The notes beneath the pieces are model-generated. The model was not told the DNA's origin. It saw nothing but the letters and a program-made list of their open reading frames with translations, and did no database searches. A stretch of DNA of 63,202 nucleotides, taken from NCBI GenBank assembly GCA_021432655.1, contig MU271196.1:124001-187202 (forward strand), read 5' to 3'. The DNA is from Atractiella rhizophila (taxonomy: Eukaryota). Both the position numbers and the translations under genes were made by a program. This document shows, one piece after another, positions 12,506 to 24,685 of the stretch (positions are counted from its first letter, which is position 1; each line of letters starts with the position of its first letter).

Positions 12506-14846
12506 TCAAAGTATACCAGTGCCTCCACCCAACCCCTGAATCGTCTTCCTCAAAAGATCCCAATCGCTTTCTCGGGGGTTCGCCATCTCGCTCCCAATCT
12601 CATAAACGTAAAGTTTGCCATCACTGCTCCCAACCACCGTCCTCTTCCCTTCCTTATCCCACGCCAGCTTGTTCAGTCCCTTTGGCGCTGCAGGGTTCAC
12701 CGTCGTCGACACCACGGGCACCTATATCGATCCCGTCAGTCCGGAAGCAAGGTAGGAAGAAGAAAGGGGACGTACCTCTGTATCCACGTTCAAATTCCAA
12801 ACGTCGAATTTTCCGATACCGTCGACAGTCCCGAAGAGTGCGGGATGGTGAGGATGCCACTTAACATCAAATACGTAGTCGTCATTCTCCTCCATACTAG
12901 CCAGAGGGGCAATGGCCTGAATCGCTCCTCCTCCCGCCGCCCTCTTCTGCCCAGCACCAGCCTTCGCGCGCCAGAGCTTGACTGTCCAATCGACTCCACA
13001 AGTGAGGAAGAGGTCGCTAAAATCCACATTTCCATGAAGAGGATGGAAGTGCATTCCCATCACCGGCCCACCATGTCCTCTATACACCTCTCCACTGACG
13101 AGACCAGCCTTGGACCCAGCCCGATCGTACCTGTTGGCGGCATACACGTTCCCCTCTTCCGTACCGACGCAAAAGCTCGTCGTCTCACCCTCCGAAAAGG
13201 CCATAGCGGTAACAGCGACCTCGTCCGTCTTATTCGCGTTCGGGAGGACGAGTTGGAGGGTCTCTTGAGGCTGAGCGAGCATATCAAGGACCCAAGCACA
13301 CACCGTCCCGTCCGTGCTCGCACTAAGGAGGTTATGAGCATTCTGCGTACCCACGATAGACATAGAATAAATAGGATGAGTGTGTCCCGCAGACGCTGAG
13401 AGAGGAGTCTTGAGAGCAGGGTTGGGAGAACGGTTGCGGGTGTCCCAGAGGAGGATCTGGCCAGAGTAGGTACCGCCGATGATGTGATTGGGGTGGAAGG
13501 GGGTGAAGGAGACGGAGAGAACGTCGGACGGAGCGTGGAAGGTGTATTCGGGACGTGCAAGTAAGTGGAGGTTCCAGACGCACGCGATGCCATCTGGCTC
13601 GTTCAGTGCGAGCGGATTCTTGTTGTAGGACGCAACGCAAAGTTCCGGGAACTGAGTGAAGGAATCAGGTGCGGTTGTGGGATGGAGTGGAAGGTGGGGA
13701 CAGACCTTGGGTGACCAATCTACGTCCGTCACCGATCGATTCTTGTTCCACCGCTCGTCCCAAAAGGTGCAAGCAAGTCGCACGCGCTGTCGGTTCTCAT
13801 CGTCCCTACCCCACCCCATCAATCAGTCGGTCGTTGAAAGGTAAAGAAAGCGGAAGTAAGAGCGTACATGTCATCTCCTCCTCCACCTGAGATGGAATAA
13901 TCTCTCAAATAATCGTATCCCTCGCTCAGAGCCCTCATCGCGACCTTTGTGGCATCATCCAAAAAGTCCCTAAACTCCGGGTCCTCCAAAACAGCCTCCA
14001 ACCTCTCTCCTTGCAAACCCTTCACCCTCTCCTCCATCAACTCCTTCTCCAACTTCTCCCTCTCCTCCGCAATTTCCTTATCCAATCTCTCCTTCTCAGC
14101 TTCGAATTCAGCTTTGAACCGCGCACGGAGCTCAGCGTCGCTCTCCCTCCCAACTCCCCCAGCCGAATCTAAACCGTCCGTCCCCTCCTCCCCCTCCCCG
14201 ACCTCTCCCCCAACCCCTACGCCTACACCGACGGCGATTCCAGAGGAAGGACGCTCAGTGCCAGTACTCGACCCTGAACCCGAAAAAGTCGTCTGTATCC
14301 CCTTCTCATACACCAACTTCGGACGTGGCGCTATCTCGAACACCTCCAACGTCACATCGGCGAATTCAGGGACTACTTGACCGGCGAAAGAGCTCGTGTC
14401 GAAGTCAGTCCCGACAGCCGTGACACCTGTCGTGGAGGGTGCCCAGGTGGGGGCGTTGGCCTCTTTACCGCCGCGGGAGGAGGAGGAGCCGCCATCGTCG
14501 AATGCGGATAGGGGAGTCGAAGGCGGAATGGGCGATGGTGACGATGGTGATGGCGCAGAGAGGAGGCCATTCACGAGCTCTTCTAGTTCTCGACGGGACG
14601 TTGGCGCTTTTTCGTACGGCGTCTGCCCCAATAATCTCCATTAGTTCTCTCAATCGTGTAAACAGAAATGTTGGGAAGTGGGAGAGGCGGCAGAGTGAGA
14701 ATAGGGCAAACCTGTGCGCCTGAAGATACCCCTCCGCCGCCACTGGCTGCAGCCCGTCGCTCTGCTTCTCGACGTGCCCGCGCCTCTTTGAGCTCAGCGA
14801 GTTTGGCACGCTTTTCTCGGATTTCTGATTTGTGCCGTGATTCCAT
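12506..14846 (-). CDS. Cytoplasmic dynein intermediate chain (WD40)
   Basis: N-terminal helix MESRHKSEIREKRAKLAELKEARARR, light-chain site YEKGIQT, WD region RSVTDVDWSPKFPELCVASY, GGTYSGQILLWD, GHTHPIY, DWTVKLW, DVKWHPHHPALF. Confidence 0.92.
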
Positions 14847-14904
14847 CGTTACTTGTTATTAGCCCTAACTAATTGTAAATCTTTCTCGAGTCAAGGTAGT
14901 AAGG

Positions 14905-14914
14905 ATCACGTGAT
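14905..14914. promoter_or_regulatory. Palindromic ATCACGTGAT (E-box/CACGTG) ~60 nt upstream of the dynein IC start codon
   Basis: The same motif is conserved at 19513-19522 in the duplicated copy although the flanking DNA has diverged. Confidence 0.5.
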
Positions 14915-17201
14915 GTCCACGTCATGGTATTCGCTTACCACTGGCTCAAGGGACAATCAAGGGGGGAGACTAGGAATACGCCGCAGTGTGTGGCTCTCCA
15001 GCGGTGGGTGCTCCAAGAAATTTTTCCAGCTGATGCAAAACGACTGCCAGTGGTGTGACCCAATGTCGAATGTTTTCGCACAGCGACTCTGGACCTGTTA
15101 TCGACTATCACTTGTCACAATAGACACACCGAATTCTAACCTTCCTCTGCGCTCAAGCGTAAGCTTGTTTGCATTGGCTGCGGGTCAATCCGGATTTTCT
15201 GCTCTGGATGAAAACGATGACGAGCAAAACAACCCGTCAGATCTTCACCTCCACCTATGGACCACTCCGGCACTTGTGTTAGCACAAGAAGGGGAAACGA
15301 GAGAGCAGATTATGACGTACGAAGCGACGGGGTGGATAGAGACTGCTCAACAAACCTATGTCCGGCGCTTCACATCTGTCCACCCCAAACACAGCCTGAA
15401 GCCTTATGTTCAACTTGCTTGCACCCGCATGATGACAACTGATTCCTCTCTGCATTGTAGGCACGAAGCCGTTTTACCGCCTGGCACCGTTAGAACCTTT
15501 GAGGGAGCCTTTTGGAGCTTTCGAAATAAAGCGCCTGGATCTCTTCTATCTTAACGTTGGAAGTCACTGCAACAATTGCGTGGTGGTGGTGGCGGAGACC
15601 AGGCAAGATTTGAGAGTAAAAGAATGCTCTCTCTTGCCTCTCCACATGATTTCCATTCTCACCCGCCACATTGAACACGATTCTAGTTTCAGAATCCATT
15701 TTCAGTTTGCCTTTTCGCAGCACACTCTAGCGCAGCCAATGCCAGAGCCAATGTCTGTAGAAATGATTACTTGAATGATTATAGATTAATGGTCATCAGC
15801 ATTGATATTGTTAAGAGGCCCTGGTATGCACCACAAGTGAATAGTGAGAGCTGTGATCATCTTCAATTTTTCTTATCCTGCCTCTCTCTCTAGCTCCTTC
15901 TCCCAGGGTTATTCATCTTTGCTCTTTAATTCGAGAGCTTGAAGCCTCCTAGTATGAACTTCAAGGAAGCGGGAGAAAGAAAGGGTCTCCGCTTTAAATC
16001 GGTATAAATCAATGGGACTCCTTCTACGAGCAAGGAGGGTCTCCTTTTAAATGCCACCAACTGAGGGTCACAAGACACGGCAACCTCGCGGTGGTGCAGG
16101 GCTCGTCTCTTTCTCTCGAATAAATATACATACTCCGGCGCCGATGCTGTGACTGATCGAGACACAGGAACAGAGCGTATCGACGAGATGACTTCATGCA
16201 ACGTGGAGCTCATAACCATTCTCTGGACTTATAATACTTTCTCGGATATCTACACAGTCACTTTTCCTGGGGGAACAACACGTTCTCCTCGGGGATTCTT
16301 TGGTCGATACACCCCGTTCTCTTCCAGGTGGACTGAAAAAAGCCTCTGGTTATTCGTACCATACAATGTCAGAGTCAGGACGAGGTTTTCGCAATCTGGT
16401 TCAGTGGTTGGCTTATGTGCCTTGGTTCCCCTGTGAAAAATTACCTCATTAGAGGTAACGAGAGTCGGGTGTATTTACTGGCAAGCGATAGCGACAATGC
16501 GCTCATCCTGCACATCGCCGTCACCACATTCGGACAATTCCTATAAATTATTTTGCGCACCTGGTCTGAAATTTGGTCTGCGAACTTCGTGGCGACAGGA
16601 CCCCATCCACCGCCATTCGTAGCCTGAATGTGTGGTGGGCCGATACCACCGATCCAGACGATCTGCCTCATCACAACGGGTGTAGCTCTAAAAGCACCAG
16701 CCATTCTTTCTTCTCCTCTTGATGATTGCTTCGGCTAGAACCAGGAGGGGAGCAGCCTTTTATGCACGCAGAGTTGGTCCAGCGGAAGTTAGGTTGCGTA
16801 AAATTTGATGTAACCACCTTGCTTAACTTACCGTTCTTGTTTATTACATAACTGGGACGAAAAGAGTCAAGCCTTGAAACTTGAAAGTTTAAAAGCGATT
16901 TTGTGACCTTGAGACTTCGACACAAAGGAATTGAAAAGAATGTCCCTGTGCAGTAAAATTTGCTACACAAGAAAAAGTCAGGTCACTTTTTATTTGCAGG
17001 TCAGCTCAGGAGAGACTGCCTGCGAGAGTCTCGCATTGATATAAATAAAGTTGCAACTTTACATAACACAATACCGTTCATGTTTTCATGTTCGATTCAA
17101 CATAACCTTGAGCTTACTGTAGTGGCTGAGTAAGGTTTAGGGCCCCAAAACTTGTTCCCTGTTCCTCTGCACTCTTCTCGCCTCAGGCTCCTGCTGCCAT
17201 C

Positions 17202-18620
17202 ATGCGACGATTCTCCCATAGTTCCTCGTTGAACCCTTTGCTGTTAAAGCCGACGCTTCCTATTGTGCACCGGGCTATGATACCTCCTCGAGTGTTTCCG
17301 ACATCAGGTTTCCAAGTAATACCAGAGTCCACTCTGCTCGACGAAGAAACGCTTCCTTCTTATCATCCTGCCCAATACTACCCAGCACGGATTGGTCAAG
17401 TCTTAAATACACATTATCAGATTGTTTCAAAGGTCGGTTTTGGGACTACATCGACGGTGTGGTTATGCAGGGATTTGAGGTATGGAGCAGCGCAGTGGAA
17501 CTAGGTATTATTTGCTGACTTACAACAGGTCAGCGGTGGCGGAGTATAAGGTCGTCAAGATCCTCACCAAGTCTGCTTCTAGAAATGGGAATTTTGAACT
17601 CGACGCCTTTGAGCATCTAAAATCAAAGCCATGGAAACATGTTGGAAAGGAGTACGTGCATATAATCGACGAGCGATTTTCCTTGGTTTCAAATGAAGCC
17701 TCAGCGCATACGTGCTTGGTCTATGAACCGTTGGCTATCAGCTTACACGACCTTCGTAATCGCCTCCAGGGAAAATGGCCAGTGGAACTTCTTACGAAGC
17801 TGATAGTCTACCTCCTTTTAGGACTCGATTTTCTCCATTCCGAAGCTCAGCTTATTCATACAGGTATGCCTCGAGCTCTCCTCTTTATTATTAATTGCTG
17901 ACTGTGGTGTAGATCTGCAACCCAAGAACGTCCTCTTCACGATGAAGGATCTTTCCGTGTTGTTGAAGACTGAAGAACGTGAGATCCGATCCCCTATCCC
18001 TCGCAAGATTCTCTCCGATCGCGTCATTTATCCTTCTATAACCCCTCCATACACCATCAACTTCCCCATAATCTGCGACTTCGGCCAGACGCGATTTGGC
18101 GATCTCGCACCGTGGAAGGATGACATCATGCCTGATCTCTTTCGAGCACCGGAAGTTGTACTTGACATGCCTTGGAGCTATCCGGTTGACATTTGGAGCC
18201 TGGGAATGCTGGTTTGGATGACTGTTTACGACAAGCACTTGTTCAACGCCAAAGACAGTGAAGGGAATCTTTCAAATGCTCATCACCTTGCAGAGATGAT
18301 TGCACTAATGGGAATGCCGCCGAAAAAGTTTTTGAAAGGTGAGAGGGCCCAGAAATATTTTGACGAAGACGGTGAGCACAACCGTACCAAATTGTTCTTG
18401 TTCTCACTGTGTCCTTCAAGGTAATTGGAGGGGCCTTGCTCCCATACCGAAGAAGTCATTTGAGGATTTAGAGACCCGTTTTGAGGGCGACTGTAGGGAG
18501 TTGTTTCTCGCTTTCATTCGGAAGACGCTCAGGTGGGATCCGGCTGAGCGACCGACAGCAAGCGAATTATGGGGAGATCCGTGGCTTGCGACTGCATGGG
18601 GTGATGAAGTGCTGAAATGA
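17202..18620 (+). CDS. SRPK/Sky1-like (CMGC) protein kinase, copy A (3 introns)
   Basis: YYPARIGQVLNTHYQIVSKVGFGTTSTVWLCRDL, VVKIL, IHT|DLQPKNVL, ICDFG, FRAPEVVLDMPWSYPVDIWSLG, LRWDPAERPTASEL. Confidence 0.9.
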
Positions 18621-19222
18621 ACAGGCTGCTTTGATTGTGAAGCAATCCGTTCTGCCTGGAAGCTTTCGTCTGCCCTCTGCTTAGAACATGATGCAATCTA
18701 CCTGTGAATTCGTGAGAAAGGAACCCTTTTAGTATCTTGCCTGTATCAAGGAGTTGCAAGCGAACAATCGAAGAATCCTGCACTCCAGTTGACTGTTGAC
18801 TTGAGGGCTGTTGCCTCAGAGCTAGCGGCACCTCAGCTGCTTTCAGGCAGAAACTTCTTCGGTTTGGGTAAGTCTCTCCTTCAATACCCATTCTTACGTC
18901 GTGAACGAAGCTGATGGTTCTGCTTCATAGGGATCGCTCCACGAATTCTACGCGGCTCCTCACCCCCTTTCCCTTCCCTCTCCTGCCTCCTCTCATCGTC
19001 CCTACCTCCCAACCCATCGGATTCGATCATGAAACTCTCAACTCAGGTTTGACAAGAATGATACAACTCTGAGAAAAAAAAAGGGGGTGTTCCGGCTAGT
19101 GAGAAATGTATTTTCTGCCACTTTGCACTAACAATCCCCAATCACTTATTAGTGAGTGCAAATGGTATAAACGAATATGTGATTGGGGAAAAAGAAAAGG
19201 AAAGAAAACACATCAAGCATAC

Positions 19223-19453
19223 TTATAAGTCCGGATTAGCGGTGAAGTGCACATGTTTGGCACGGCATCCGGAACGCAATGCAAATAGAACAAACAAGTG
19301 ACATCCACGAATCTCCAACACGGCTAGGTTACTATACATGTTGCCGCCACTGGCTGCAGCCCGTCGCTCTGCTTCTCGACGTGCCCGCGCCTCTTTGAGC
19401 TCAGCGAGTTTGGCACGCTTTTCTCGGATTTCTGATTTGTGCCGTGATTCCAT
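19223..19453 (-). pseudogene. Truncated duplicate of dynein IC exon 1 (37 dynein codons read into 39 unrelated codons)
   Basis: 19343-19462 is identical to 14736-14855. The ATG at 19453 is retained and the ORF runs to 19223. Confidence 0.75.
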
Positions 19454-22050
19454 CGTTACTTGCAACCTACCAGCCCTAACTGTATCCTTCTGTCCCTTGC
19501 TGGGGAGGGACGATCACGTGATCTCCACCGACGAACACTCGCTCTGAGGCCTCTGAGGGACTGTCGGCATTACGAATACACTGCAGTATGCGGCTCTCCA
19601 GCGAGAGGGGGAGCTCCCAGACATTTTTCAGCCGGACGCTCGAATTTCACAATACTCTCCCTTGCAGCTAACTGCCAGTGACTGGTTGTGACCCAATGTC
19701 GAAGGTTTCCGCACCGTGATTCTGGACATGTTATCGACTATCACTTGTCGCATGGTTCACTTGTCAAAATATACCTCATTGGATGGTAACGAGAGTCAAA
19801 GCTATTTACTAGCAACCGAAAACAACAATGCGCTCATCCTGCACATCGCCATCACATTGGGGCATGTCCGATAAAAATATTTTACCCACCTGGTCTGAAC
19901 TTTGGACGCCAACGTCGTGGCGACGAGACCCATTCACCCCCATCTGTGGCCTGAATGTGTGGTGGGCCGGTTCCACCGATCCAGACGAACTGCCTCGTCA
20001 CAAGAGGGGTCGCTCTGAAAGCTCCAGCCATGCTTTTCTTCTTGATGATTGCTGCGCTTCCAGAACCCAGAGTTGGTGCCAGCGGAAGAAGCTTGCCTAA
20101 AATTTGTTGTAGCCACCTTACATAACTTACCGTTCTTCTTTGCATGGCTGGGACGAAAAGAGTCAAGCTTTGGAAGCTGAAAACTGGAAAATTCTGGAGA
20201 CTTTGTAGCCTTGAGGCTTCAGCAGCTCCAAACGCTGCAACCTGAAGGAATTGAATGTCGTATGCAGTCCAGCTTAGGAGACAGAACACATTACGCGCTC
20301 AGCTTGACATGGTGAGTTGATATGGACATCCTTGACGTAATGACTCTGATATACGGGCCAACTGTAGTTTGCAGTGGGTTGAGTAGGGTTTCGATTCCCA
20401 AACTTGTTCCCTTGCACTCTTCTCGCCTCAGGCTCTTGCTGTCACCATGCGACAATTCTCCCTCAGTTCCTCGTTGAACCCCTTTATTCTAAAGCCGACG
20501 CTTCCTATGGTGCACCGGGCTATGATACATCCTCGAGCGTTCCCGACGTCTGGTTTCCAATTAATACCAGAGTCCACTCTGCTTGACGAAGAAACGCTTC
20601 CTTCTTATCATCCTGCCCAATACTACCCAGCACGGATTGGCCAAGTCTTAAATACACATTATCAGATCGTTTCAAAGGTCGGTTTTGGAACTACATCGAC
20701 AGCGTGGTTATGCAGGGATTTGAGGTATGGAGCAGCGCAGAGAATTAGTTATCATACGCTGACTTAAAACAGGTCAAAGGCAGCGGAATATAAGGTTGTC
20801 AAGATCCTCACCCAGTCTGCTTCTAGAAATGGGAATTTTGAACTCAATGCCTTGGAGCATCTCAAATCAAAGCCATGGAAACATGTTGGAAAGGAATACG
20901 TACATATAATCCACGAGCGATTTTCCCTGGTTTCAAATGAAGCCTCAGCGCATACGTGCTTGGTCTATCAACCGTTGGCTATAAGCTTGCACGACCTTCG
21001 TAATCGCCTCCAGGGGAAATGGCCAGTGGAACTCCTTACGAAGATGATCGTCTACCTCCTTTTAGGACTCGATTTCCTCCATTCTGAAGCTCAACTTATT
21101 CATACAGGTTTACCTCGAGCTCTCTTTTTATTAATTGCTGATTGTGGCGTAGATCTGCAACCGAAGAACATACTCTTCACGATGAAGGATCTTTCGGTGT
21201 TGTCGAAGACTGAAGAACGAGAGATCCGATCCCCTATCCCTCGCAAGATTCTCTCAGATCGCATCATTTACCCTTCGATAACCCCTCCATACACCATCAA
21301 CTTCCCCATAATCTGCGACTTCGGCCAGACACGATTTGGCGATCTCGCACCGTGGAAAGATGACATCATGCCTGATCTCTTTAGAGCACCAGAAGTTGTA
21401 CTAGACATGCCTTGGAGCTATCCAGTTGACATCTGGAGCCTGGGCATGCTGGTTTGGATGACTGTTTACGACAAGCACTTGTTCAACGCCAAAGACAGTG
21501 AGGGGAATCTTTCTAATGCTCATCACCTTGCAGAGATGATTTCACTGTTGGGAATGCCGCCAAAAACGTTTTTGAAAGGTGAGAGGGCCCGGAAATATTT
21601 TGACGAAGACGGTGAGCACAGCCGTACCAAACTCTTCTTGTTCTCACTCGGTCCATCAAGGCAATTGGAACGGCCTAGCTCCCATACCGAAGAAGTCATT
21701 TGAGGATTTGGAGACCCGTTTTCAGGGCGACTGTAGGAAGTCGTTTCTCGCTTTCATTCGGAAGACGCTCAGGTGGGATCCGGCTGAGAGACCGAAAGCA
21801 AGCGAATTATGGGGAGATCCGTGGCTTGCAACTGCATGGGGTGACGAAGTGCTAAACTGAACCTGACTTCTTTGATTGTGAAGCAATCCGCTCCGCACGG
21901 GAGCTTTCCTGTGCTGAGAACATGACTAGGGTGGGAAAGGAGGTCTTCTTGTATCTTGCCTGTATCATGTTACAGGAATTGCAAGCAAATAATCGAAGAA
22001 TCCTGCACTCGAGTTGACTTGAAGTTTGTTGCCTCAGCGGCGCCTCAGCT
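19343..22050 (+). repeat. Copy 2 of the tandem segmental duplication
   Basis: Matches copy 1 but lacks the equivalent of ~15120-16450. Confidence 0.9.
20447..21860 (+). CDS. SRPK/Sky1-like protein kinase, copy B
   Basis: Same exon structure and kinase motifs as copy A, with scattered substitutions and no stop or frameshift seen. Confidence 0.88.
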
Positions 22051-22101
22051 GTTTGGAAGTAATGTAAATCCACACAAATGAAACTAAAGAAATCGCGCCA
22101 A

Positions 22102-24593
22102 CTACCTCCTCCCTCTCCCCCTCCGTTTGCCACCTCCTGACCGTCTCCTATCGCCCCCATCCCACTCCCCAAAATCATCCCTCATCGCCTCCTCCTGGCT
22201 CCTCAACGCCCCTCCACCTCCCCACCCTCTCCCACCACCGCGCTGCTCCTCCCTCCCCTCCCTTCCCCCACCTCCATATCCATTCCCGCCTCCACCCCCA
22301 CCACCGTAGTCCCGTCCAGACCCTGGCCCTGGTCCGCCGAATCCTGGGATGTCCATCTGAAACTGAGGTGGGGGGGCGAAGGAGGGTTGGGCGGAGGCGG
22401 GTTGGTGGTGCGAGTTTGAGTTTGAGTTTGAAAGTCCCATCTGGGCTTGGTACATTGCGAAAAGGTCGGGAACCGCCGGTTGGTGTTGGTGTTGTGGAGG
22501 TGGTGGGAGTACCGGGAGGGCAGGTGGTTGACCCATACCCATTCCGCTCATGCCCATGCCCATGCCTCCTCCGAGGGATGGAAGGGAGGCGAAGTTGGAG
22601 GGCTGGTTTTGTTGCTGTGCGTTCGAGTTGGAGAGACCAAGACCTGGGAGAGCGGGGTGGGATTCTTCTTCTCCTGTCCCATTAGTCAGCTTCACATTGG
22701 CTATCCTACAGATTGAAGAATGAAGGCGGAATAAACGCACCCTCCTCCCCCTCCTCTCCTCCAAGCTCTTTCGCCTTCTCCTTCCCAACATGGAACCTAT
22801 CCCTCCCCAACTTCCCCCCTGGCCTTCCCCTACTCCAAAATCGCGTGGTGTGGTCATTCGATCCCGAGCACAGGACGGTTCCGAGGTTGTTGAAAGCGAG
22901 GGACCAGACGTTAGAGTCGTGTGCAAACTCAAGGTTATCGACAGGGACGGTTGGGGTAGAGGAGTTCAGGTCCCAGTAGAGGATTGAGCCTTCTGAGCCG
23001 CCTGTGACGAGGTGGGAGTGGGTGTGTGGGTGCCACGCTAGGGCTGGACAGAACGGGAATGCGAGAATGCAATGCAAAGCAAGCAAGTCGTCAGATTTGG
23101 GTTGGCTAGGTTCGGTACGACAGGAATGGAGGGATGGAGGACGCACAACAGACTTCTTTTTTGTGTGCGCGCAGAGAATGTACCTCTTTGAACGTTCGTA
23201 TGTCATAGACTTTAACCAGTTGGTCTCTGGAGGCCATCCCAACCAGATGACCATCAGGACACCATTCGACCGCTTGCACAGTGCCTTTGTGCCCATACCT
23301 GCTTCACCATTCAGTATTCGCCCTAGTATTTAAGGGAGATGGAGAAAGAGAGCAGAGCAGAGTACGAACAAAGTGGTGAGGCAAGTAGCAGTCCTGGGAT
23401 CCCAGAACTTAACCTGATTATCTTTCCCACCACTAACGATCAACCCCTTGGACATATGCCACCTAACAGCCTTAACGTCCCAAAGATGACCCTCAAGCGT
23501 CCTCTCCTCCCTCCGCTCCTCAAAGTTCCATAGCTTAATCTTCGCGTCGTCTCCACAGGTGACGAAGCGCATATCGTTCGGAGAGAAGGAGACGTCGCGT
23601 ATGCAATCGTTGTGTCCTTGGAAGAGGGTCAAGTTGTTCATGTTGCCACTGAAGTATTTGATGATCCCACTCTGGTCGACGGAGACAAGCCATTGACCGG
23701 AATGCGACCAAGTGAACGAGCGCACTGCCGTGTCGTGAGCCTAATCCCTCCATTAAGATTGTACTCTTTAATGATTTTTTGGCGCAAGGATGAGAAACTT
23801 GCCTGAAGCAATGACTCAAAGTTGAACGTCAACCCATTCCACAACGTGAACTCACCACTCGTTAGTCCAGTGAGGATACGTCGGCCTTCTGGGGTCCAAC
23901 GGACGACGTTTACTGGACATCTAACCTTGTTCGTCGAGGTGTGGACGTAACGCGTGCAGATAGAGAGGGAACGGTTGGTATATGCTTCGGGAGGTAGCAT
24001 CTATCCCGTTCTCATTCAGTATGTTGCGACGAGATGGAAAAAGGATGATAGGACAGACCTCGATTGTGTAGTCTGCGGTAGGGCGAAGAGGGTAGTCCAT
24101 TGCTATGTGTGTGCGCTCTTGACGTAGCTGGAAGAATCAATGTTAACTCTGGGGTATTCAACTGAAGTCTCAAGCACTCTTATTCTCAAACAGAAAGATG
24201 AGCATTAGCATAGTAGAGATATACTAGCACATCAAGAGAGTATGAAAGAGCCATGTAAATGTCAAAGATCGCTCAGTAGCAACCATGGCTTCGACCAAAA
24301 TCAAACATTGTTGACATACAAAGAAGAATGGTTGCGTCAAGAGAAGAAAAACCACGTACTAGCTTCCACCTCGCCATCTCTCCAAAATAATCCACCGTTC
24401 TCCTAGGCCTATTTTTCTTATTCGGCAAGGGCCTTCCATCCTCCCCAAGCTCCAAAGGCTGCCCTGCCTGGACAGCTGCCAGCTGTTCTTCTTTCCAGGT
24501 TACTTTCGGTGGTTCAGGTAGGTCCGCAAGGTGCGAGGGCAGCCATTTTGGGGGAGGTTCTGCAACACGAGGCGGACGTAAGTCCTGTATCAT
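22102..24593 (-). CDS. PFS2: Polyadenylation factor subunit 2 (WDR33 orthologue)
   Basis: [88 protein letters not shown]; Gly/Pro-rich tail. Confidence 0.93.
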
Positions 24594-24685
24594 GTTCGCG
24601 TATGGATTGTAGAGTGCTTATCACTATGAGGTTAATTTTTCTCTAGTTATGGCAGATAATGAGCTGGCATTGGCCGAATACAGCT

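Larger units (their letters stand above)
14736..18840 (+). repeat. Copy 1 of a tandem segmental duplication (dynein exon 1 + intergenic DNA + kinase)
   Basis: Collinear matches to copy 2: 14736-15116 with 19343-19749; ~16453-16900 with ~19784-20200; ~17110-18840 with ~20360-22050. Confidence 0.9.

Noticed and set aside
14853..15774. 233-aa and 91-aa + strand ORFs
   Set aside because: Non-ATG starts, overlap with the dynein promoter, frame not conserved in copy 2, and no motif.
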